Part shown: positions 9,566 through 15,221 of the stretch, piece by piece
Numbering within the stretch: position 1 is the stretch's first letter
Layout: every line of letters starts with the position of its first letter
Source of the DNA: Chlorokybus atmophyticus
Taxonomy: Eukaryota; Plantae; Mesostigma and Chlorokybus algae
NCBI GenBank assembly: GCA_009103225.1
Contig: RHPI01002503.1
Span: 365,150-380,370 of the forward strand
DNA: 15,221 bases
Direction of reading: 5' to 3'
The notes under the pieces: generated by a model
What the model was told of the DNA's origin: nothing
Seen by the model: the letters and a program-made list of their open reading frames with translations, nothing else
The model's database searches: none
Made by a program: the position numbers and the translations under genes

Positions 9566-9573
9566 GTGTCACC
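9566..9573 (+). promoter_or_regulatory. Self-priming-type primer binding site (GTGTCACC), complementary to 9240-9247
   Basis: ACTTACAGTGTCACC (9559-9573) is the exact reverse complement of GGTGACACTGTAAGT (9240-9254). No TGG-starting tRNA-type PBS lies at the LTR end. Confidence 0.65.
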
Positions 9574-9762
9574 CTCTTTGCACAAGTGAGTGTGTTGCAA
9601 TCTGCATCAGATAGTGCAGTCTGCACCCAGGGATACATCGCTGGGCATTCGTTATCATTGTCATCACATAGTGCGCACAAGCACTAGTGTGTTGGGTGGT
9701 AACAGCATCAGGATAGACGGTAGAGCACAAGCACTCTACCCTTTCACCTCTGGACCAGCTGT

Positions 9763-12384
9763 ATGAGCAGGCCCACCCCGTTCTCCCCAATAGACGAGGG
9801 TGACCTCAGCAGTTGGAGCCCAACCACCAACCTCACCTACGAGCGGACCAGTGACGGAAGCATCGACCGCAGCAGCAGAGGCTCGCGCTCCATCTCCAGC
9901 TTCACCCCGCTCCACTCTACTCCTCGTCATCCAGCTTCTCCACTATCATCGGACAGCGACGACAACGAGATGGAATCTTCCAGTTCAACCACATCCCTGC
10001 GCTTCTCCGGACGTGCCGGCACCACCTCGCTGGATGAGTTCATCATCAAGTTCCACTCCAAGATGCGGCAGCAAGCACTGAAGAACAAAGACTGGTCAGA
10101 TGAGATCTCTTTCCACATTGCTGCTCAGTATCTTGATCATGAAGCACACGATGTCTGGAAGTCCGTTGCTGAACTGCATCGAGTAGACGGCTATGGCGAG
10201 CTTGCCAGCACCATAGCATCTGCATCCCTGCACCGTCCAGCAGGTGTCGTTCCACCTGCCACTTCAGTTGCAGTAACAGGCTTGACCATAGCTGCAGCTC
10301 TCAAGCAGGCAGAGGAGGAGGAACCAGAGTTGGTACTTGTCAACTTGACCCCTGCAGAAGTTGAGTCCAAGGAGGCCACACGTCGAGTCCGCATCCTTGA
10401 CCGTTCTGCCATCATCATTGAGGAACAAAGAGCTGTACAGCAAGCGGCAGCCGCAGAGTGGGGTACTCCTCTACCTCCAGCAACACCTGGCTCTCGTGCA
10501 GGAGGCAGCGCTTTCACCCTCGGGTCAGTAGCACTGCGCGCACCAGCCATCACCGTAGGTGCTGCCATCTCTGATTCTCCACTCAAGGACCTGTACGCTG
10601 CCCTGCGCCGTACCTTCCCTCCTCAGACCACCAGCAAGGTTGAGGAGCTGAGACGCTTCCGACGCAAGCCCAATGAGGATCCCCTCCGCTTGTACTCCAG
10701 ACTGGAAGGTCTGCTGAAGGACACTGACTACAAGATTGTCAGTGAGGAGGCTGCTGCAGTAATATACGTCAATGAGTTGGATGCTGCTCTGAGCGAGTCG
10801 ACACGCCTGACTCTGAACTACAGCAGGCCCCTTGGCTACACCCTCAAAGAAGCCTTCGAGACTGCACAAGCCATCCACAAGCGCTTGGTGTATGAGAAGG
10901 CAGTGCTGGACACCAACCGCAGCGCCGTACGGCCTGTAGTCAGCACGACAACTGAGCCTCCTCGCCGCGACCGTGGCCGGGACGCTCCACCAGCACGCGA
11001 CAAAGGGAAACGGTCAGCTCATGCTGCACTTGCTGCCCCTGTGCTGTGTCATCGCTGTGGACGGCATGGGCACTACCAAAAGGAGTGCACCGAAGAATAC
11101 TCAACTTTGGTTTGCGACCACTGTCACAAGACTGGTCATTTGGAGTCAGTCTGCTGGCTCAAGTTCCCAGAGTTGAGGCCCGCCAACAGCTACAACCACA
11201 ACTACTCCGGTGGCTACAACAGCAACAACACTGGAGGCCACACTGGCAACAACTTCAGTGGCTACAACAGCAACAACACTGGGGGCCACACTGGCAACCA
11301 CTTCAGTGGCTACAATAGCAACAACACTGGAGCCCACAACAGCAACAACGCTGGTGGCAGTAACAACAACAACAACGCCAGTGTTCGCAAGGAAGAGCAA
11401 GGCTACAGGGGGAAGAACAGACCTCCTCAGCGTAAGGGACCAGAGACACGTCCGCGCGCTGCTGCTGTTGCCGCCAAGGCTTCAGCCAACCCACCAGCTG
11501 ATGACCATATGGCAGCCCTCATGGCGCGTATGGCACGCTTGGAGGAAGACAAGGAGCAGGACTACCGCGCCTGCTACACTGCCCGATGGGCGCTGATGGC
11601 TGCAAAACGCGAGAGAGACAGGAACACTCCGTCCCGCGTGCAACCATCACGACGAGCACGAGGGGAAGCTGCAACAACATCAGCAGGCACCTCCTCCGAA
11701 GCCACCAGTGGTGCTGCCTCCGCAGCAACAGCCACACCGGCTACAACGTCGACTCCACCAACGTCAGCAGTACCCACTCCAGTTGCACCACAACCTGGTA
11801 CACCGGTGGGCACCGTGACGCCGACGCTGGTGAGCACACTGGCAGCAGCCGCCATCTCTACCGAATCTGCACCAGTGGGCGGTGCACTTCCCACTGCAGC
11901 AGTGCCTCTGTCCGTAGGCGTTGAGACAACTCTCGCACCACCGACCGATACCGTCGCAACTGCCACAATGGCCATCGTCGAGCCCGCTGTCTCTGCAGCG
12001 ACGCGCGCAGCCACTCTGCCCGCTCTCGACGTCACTCAGGCTGTCCCAACTGGTCAGCAAGCTGAACGAGCATGGGAAACCATCCTGCGCGGAGCAGACC
12101 CCACTACCATCGCCTTCGGTCGGGGGGGGGAGCGCACCACGCGTGTCGCCCGCGATGATCGCGTCTTCCCGCTACCAGAGGTTCACACCCTTCCAGCACT
12201 CACTCAACACCAGTTAGAAGATGAGATCCTTGCTGGCACTGCACCTCCGATGCGTGACAGGGTGTTTTTGATCAGCTACAGCCCACCTGTAGTGTTGGAG
12301 TTGGCTCTGCAGCTGTTCTGGGCGTTGCACAACAACATGCAGACCGCCCCGCGCCAGCCTGCACGCATGCCAACCACCACTTGA
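9763..12384 (+). CDS. gag: Retrotransposon Gag-like protein (capsid-like domain, two CCHC zinc knuckles, N/G repeat, long A/T/P-rich extension)
   Basis: 873-aa intronless ORF with the Gag pattern RFSG...LDEF..KF...WSD...L..EA..VW and L..TF...LRRFRRKPNE....Y.RLE.L...TLKEAFETA. Knuckles: CHRCGRHGHYQKEC (11047-11088) and CDHCHKTGHLESVC (11113-11154). Confidence 0.85.
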   Translation: MSRPTPFSPIDEGDLSSWSPTTNLTYERTSDGSIDRSSRGSRSISSFTPLHSTPRHPASPLSSDSDDNEMESSSSTTSLRFSGRAGTTSLDEFIIKFHSKMRQQALKNKDWSDEISFHIAAQYLDHEAHDVWKSVAELHRVDGYGELASTIASASLHRPAGVVPPATSVAVTGLTIAAALKQAEEEEPELVLVNLTPAEVESKEATRRVRILDRSAIIIEEQRAVQQAAAAEWGTPLPPATPGSRAGGSAFTLGSVALRAPAITVGAAISDSPLKDLYAALRRTFPPQTTSKVEELRRFRRKPNEDPLRLYSRLEGLLKDTDYKIVSEEAAAVIYVNELDAALSESTRLTLNYSRPLGYTLKEAFETAQAIHKRLVYEKAVLDTNRSAVRPVVSTTTEPPRRDRGRDAPPARDKGKRSAHAALAAPVLCHRCGRHGHYQKECTEEYSTLVCDHCHKTGHLESVCWLKFPELRPANSYNHNYSGGYNSNNTGGHTGNNFSGYNSNNTGGHTGNHFSGYNSNNTGAHNSNNAGGSNNNNNASVRKEEQGYRGKNRPPQRKGPETRPRAAAVAAKASANPPADDHMAALMARMARLEEDKEQDYRACYTARWALMAAKRERDRNTPSRVQPSRRARGEAATTSAGTSSEATSGAASAATATPATTSTPPTSAVPTPVAPQPGTPVGTVTPTLVSTLAAAAISTESAPVGGALPTAAVPLSVGVETTLAPPTDTVATATMAIVEPAVSAATRAATLPALDVTQAVPTGQQAERAWETILRGADPTTIAFGRGGERTTRVARDDRVFPLPEVHTLPALTQHQLEDEILAGTAPPMRDRVFLISYSPPVVLELALQLFWALHNNMQTAPRQPARMPTTT
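11210..11338 (+). repeat. 48-nt in-frame tandem repeat (about 2.7 copies; GYNSNNTGGHTGNNFS)
   Basis: Units start at 11210, 11258 and 11306 and are nearly identical. Confidence 0.95.
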
Positions 12385-13861
12385 ACCCAGCCCGTTGGAC
12401 ACGTATCGGGACCGCCGAGACGCCGTCCAGCAGCGCATCGCCGACGCAGCCGACCTGCCTTTGGGCACTAATGAAGCACTCGGACCTCCAACAACCGCTC
12501 GTCTTCATCAGCGCTACCACGCACTGGAACAAGCATATCATTGGCGACAGGATCAAGCTGCCGCCATTGCTGCACGTGAACAAGCTCTTGAAGCTACACG
12601 TGCACCAATACCCCAGTCACCAACTGCTTGTCCATCCTCCAGCACCACTCCGCTCTTCGTCGGGACCAACTCTGACCAAGCGAGGGCGTTGGCTCAACAA
12701 ACCAGGGGGGTGATCGCCCCGTTGCTGCCTGCGCTGGTGGAGGATCTACCTGAGGACCAAAGGGAGCCAGGGAGGGGCTACCTTACACCACAAGGGTGTA
12801 CACAAAGAGATGGAGCAGGTCTGGTTGGAGAGCAACAACTACGCACTGCTCTGTTGCGACAAGCAACCATGCTGCATCGGCAAGAAGGCATCGGACTTCG
12901 GCAGATGCTTGGGATGCGAGACAATGGCAACGCGGCACGCGCACGGTTAGTGACGTGGCTGGTCACCAACCATCCCGCAGTCCCGTTGTTCGCTTTCGGC
13001 GCCAGATTAGCGTGGGTGGACGCATTCCTTCGCTCCATACGGCAAGCCTATGATGAAGTGGCTTCCGCCGCCACTGACACTCTGGAGGGAGCTCTAGAGG
13101 CGATACTGAGTTTGCCGGGAGTGGAGGCAGGATGTCAGCGCAGGCGCATCGCCGCTGCTTACGAGCAGCATGTCCAACAGCCAGAGACCCGCCTCACTGT
13201 ACGCACACGAGCAATAACAGTGCTGGAAGTGGGAGTGGTCAACGGCAGATGGGATGCTTACATGGCGGGGATCCTCAGGGTGCCTACCGTCACTCACGAC
13301 ATGAGGGCGCGGCTCCTACGCGCAGTGTACCTGCAACTCATGCCTCAAAACCATCGCTATATAGACGTGGACAACAATGCGACGGCGACGTGGGAAGGTA
13401 CACTAGTCAGAGAGGCAGCCCATGCTGTGCGATGGACCTATGCAGAGGAGCAGGCTGCACGAGAGGCAGTCCCGCAAACACCAGGTCCTCCAGGGTTCCC
13501 GCCACAGCCACTGGCCACTCCTCCGGGCATGACAACAGCTGCACAGAGGGTCAACCCTCCTGCACCTCTACTTGGACAGGTTGCAGCAGCACCTCCAGTG
13601 CCTAGGCCACCACGCGTGTACCAGCAACCGCGACAAGGACGGTTTGGACAAAGCCGAGGACAAGGAGGCCCACAAGATCCATCAGGCAGAGGAGCCCTGG
13701 CTGCCCTACGGTCAGGCCCCGCAGATGAGAGTAAAGCAACAGTCTCTCCACGCAAGAGGTTCCGTCGCTGCAAGAGGCTGCGCATCAACGCCAATGCAGC
13801 CATGATCGCCAACCAAGGCAAGCACGTGACCGTCACACGGATTGACGTTCAAGGACCATGA
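12374..13861 (+). CDS. Unrecognised continuation of the Gag ORF in the +1 frame (about 495 aa), probably the frameshifted 3' part of one polyprotein, ending at the GGWCC array
   Basis: This frame is open from 12272, overlaps the Gag stop and has no early ATG. Removing one A at 12372/12373 gives the continuous reading MPPPLEPSPLDTYRD. The stop codon lies inside the first GGACCATGAATGGTCC palindrome. Confidence 0.7.
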   Translation, partial: PPLEPSPLDTYRDRRDAVQQRIADAADLPLGTNEALGPPTTARLHQRYHALEQAYHWRQDQAAAIAAREQALEATRAPIPQSPTACPSSSTTPLFVGTNSDQARALAQQTRGVIAPLLPALVEDLPEDQREPGRGYLTPQGCTQRDGAGLVGEQQLRTALLRQATMLHRQEGIGLRQMLGMRDNGNAARARLVTWLVTNHPAVPLFAFGARLAWVDAFLRSIRQAYDEVASAATDTLEGALEAILSLPGVEAGCQRRRIAAAYEQHVQQPETRLTVRTRAITVLEVGVVNGRWDAYMAGILRVPTVTHDMRARLLRAVYLQLMPQNHRYIDVDNNATATWEGTLVREAAHAVRWTYAEEQAAREAVPQTPGPPGFPPQPLATPPGMTTAAQRVNPPAPLLGQVAAAPPVPRPPRVYQQPRQGRFGQSRGQGGPQDPSGRGALAALRSGPADESKATVSPRKRFRRCKRLRINANAAMIANQGKHVTVTRIDVQGP

Positions 13862-14140
13862 ATGGTCCGTGACGCAGGACCGGGATTTCCCCCTGCTAAA
13901 TGAAATCGGTGGACCTTGCATGGTCTGGTTTTCATCGACAGTCGGACCATTCATGGTCCAAATTTCACGTGAATGGTACCATTGTCCCTTGGTACGCACC
14001 ACTTAAGGTCCGGCCGATTACTGTTGCGTCAGGACCAGATATGGTCCGGCCATCGGACCAGGGACTAAATCATATCATTACAATACTGCAATCATAACTG
14101 GTCCGGCCAGCGGACCATGGACCGAAATTTATTATGGACC
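13853..14140. repeat. Array of 14 GGWCC motifs, mostly paired as short palindromes; includes a 17-bp inverted repeat
   Basis: GGWCC occurs at 13853, 13864, 13877, 13911, 13944, 13955, 14007, 14032, 14043, 14055, 14100, 14112, 14119 and 14136. 13853-13869 is the exact reverse complement of 13943-13959. Confidence 0.9.
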
Positions 14141-14269
14141 AATTTAAATATGAGTGCAAATGCAGTAAAAGTTGACACATCTTTCGGCGGCACCGGCCAC
14201 GCCCAACCTGCGGCGCACGAGGCCGCGGCCAGCTCCGCGGCGTTAGTGGAATGATTAGTCAAGAACACA

Positions 14270-14342
14270 CGCATCGGCCGGATTCGAACCCAGCACCTTT
14301 AGCATATCAAAGACGACGCCCTAACCACTAAGCTACAGGTGC
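14270..14342 (-). pseudogene. tRNA-derived sequence (tRNA pseudogene or SINE head) with intact Pol III A and B boxes
   Basis: 73 nt: GCACCTGTAGCTTAGTGGTTAGGGCGTCGTCTTTGATATGCTAAAGGTGCTGGGTTCGAATCCGGCCGATGCG. A box TAGCTTAGTGG, B box GGTTCGAATCC. The acceptor and anticodon stems pair poorly, so no anticodon can be assigned confidently. Confidence 0.8.
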
Positions 14343-15221
14343 ACGTACCGGTAGGGTCGCATGGCAATCTATATCATGTAGTTTATTGCATGCGCCGACA
14401 GCCGCTTGGCGACTGTCGGCCGGCGGAAGTAATTGCCGATGGACAGTCGGAGATTGTGTGTCGCTTTGATAGGCCCACAGGCTGAGCCTATGCAATTGTA
14501 GCATTTATAGGCTGTACCAGTTACATGGACGGTGGTAAACTACATACCGGTAGCCGCGAACTCGGCGGTTGTCAATACGCCAGTACAATTTGTGGACTTG
14601 TTAGGGGCTGTCATTGTGACAATGCTTAGTGATAGTAGCCAAATTGCGACTGTCAATGCAGCCAGTGTACCTTATCGGGCTGTCGATGATTCTGTGGTCG
14701 CATGAGGCTTTTATAGGCCATTTATGAGGTTATACAAGTAAGGCTATAAGTCATAACATCTGATATTGCTTGCGCTTTCGTTTCATACAAAATATTAAAA
14801 CCAATCATACCATAAACTACGCCTAGCAATGCAACATGCGAACAGCATCAACATATGTATTCATGGTATGATGTTAACGGTTGTAAACATTATGACAATG
14901 TAATAACCAACGAACTATATTTCATGCAATTAACACGCGCAATGCATGGATGTAAATTCGATTTAGTTATTATTTTAGACTATGTAATTGTACAATAATC
15001 ATAACACTTTGTACAATCATATTTTTATACATTATTTAAGATGTATATAATTTTGCATATGAAAGGTCTAATGCACATGTGTACGCGCATCAATATACTT
15101 ACAACAATGTATGTACATGAAATGATAGATATGAAGTAATTGCACGGCTGCAAATTGCGGCCGCAATACGTCAACAATTTTTGCTTGTATACCTTAAGCC
15201 TATTCCTACATGCACACACAC
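14343..15221. other. Non-coding, increasingly AT-rich DNA with scattered palindromes; probably repeat-derived
   Basis: No credible ORF or splice-consistent exons, and a clear compositional shift from the GC-richer genes. Hairpin at 14394-14420 and a 14-bp palindrome at 15154-15167. Confidence 0.5.

Larger units (their letters stand above)
8868..13852 (+). mobile_element. 5' part of a Ty3/Gypsy-like LTR retrotransposon, truncated or interrupted; pol and 3' LTR not in window
   Basis: LTR-like segment, PBS-position element, Gag capsid-like motifs and two CX2CX4HX4C knuckles. No RT (YxDD), protease (D[TS]G) or integrase motifs, and no second LTR copy, were seen in the window. Confidence 0.8.

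Noticed and set aside
9695-9704. Alternative LTR end at GGTGGTAACA
   Set aside because: No PBS of either type follows, and it lies within a degenerate leader duplication. The end at 9565 explains the 15-nt complementarity.
11210-11338. CRISPR-like array
   Set aside because: Contiguous in-frame tandem units without unique spacers, in a eukaryotic coding context.
11574-12035. Antisense and alternate-frame ORFs within the Gag region (also 10191-10586, 13132-13605, 13438-13836)
   Set aside because: Expected shadows of GC-rich, low-complexity coding sequence.
12122-12131. G9 run as polypurine tract or frameshift site
   Set aside because: Not followed by LTR sequence; the Gag frame reads through it and the alternative frames close soon after.
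14270-14342. Functional tRNA gene
   Set aside because: Two mismatches in the acceptor stem, a poorly paired anticodon stem, an extra base near the T arm and no adjacent terminator.
14394-14420. Helitron 3' terminal hairpin
   Set aside because: No CTRR terminus at the expected short distance on either strand.
15154-15167. 14-bp perfect palindrome ATTGCGGCCGCAAT
   Set aside because: Isolated, with no supporting context; could be chance or part of the flanking repeat.

Overview
Eukaryotic, intron-containing genomic DNA. A green-plant-lineage origin, possibly a streptophyte alga, is inferred from the plant-type lipase and short GT-AG introns; the organism is not established. The left part (1-8450) holds three spliced genes, reconstructed by hand with phase-consistent GT/AG junctions: (1) a + strand gene with an unrecognised Cys/His-rich domain and a P/Q tract; (2) a - strand multi-exon gene with a PH-like N-terminus, a hydrophobic segment and a class-3 lipase fold whose nucleophile Ser is replaced by Gly (GHGSG instead of GHSxG); (3) a divergent + strand gene with two TPR-like helical units, each containing A/MACPP. 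The right part (8868-13852) is the 5' portion of a Ty3/Gypsy-like LTR retrotransposon. Its candidate 698-bp LTR (TGT...ACA) has no recognisable tRNA primer-binding site. Instead it has a perfect 15-nt complementarity between the predicted transcript 5' end and the U5/PBS junction, the Tf1-type self-priming architecture. The element encodes a Gag with two CCHC knuckles that continues, across a probable 1-nt insertion, into about 495 aa of unrecognised sequence with no protease, RT or integrase motifs. The ORF stops exactly where a dense array of GGWCC palindromes begins (13853-14140). A tRNA-derived Pol III unit and AT-rich non-coding DNA follow. All domain calls are by eye; no database searches were run.
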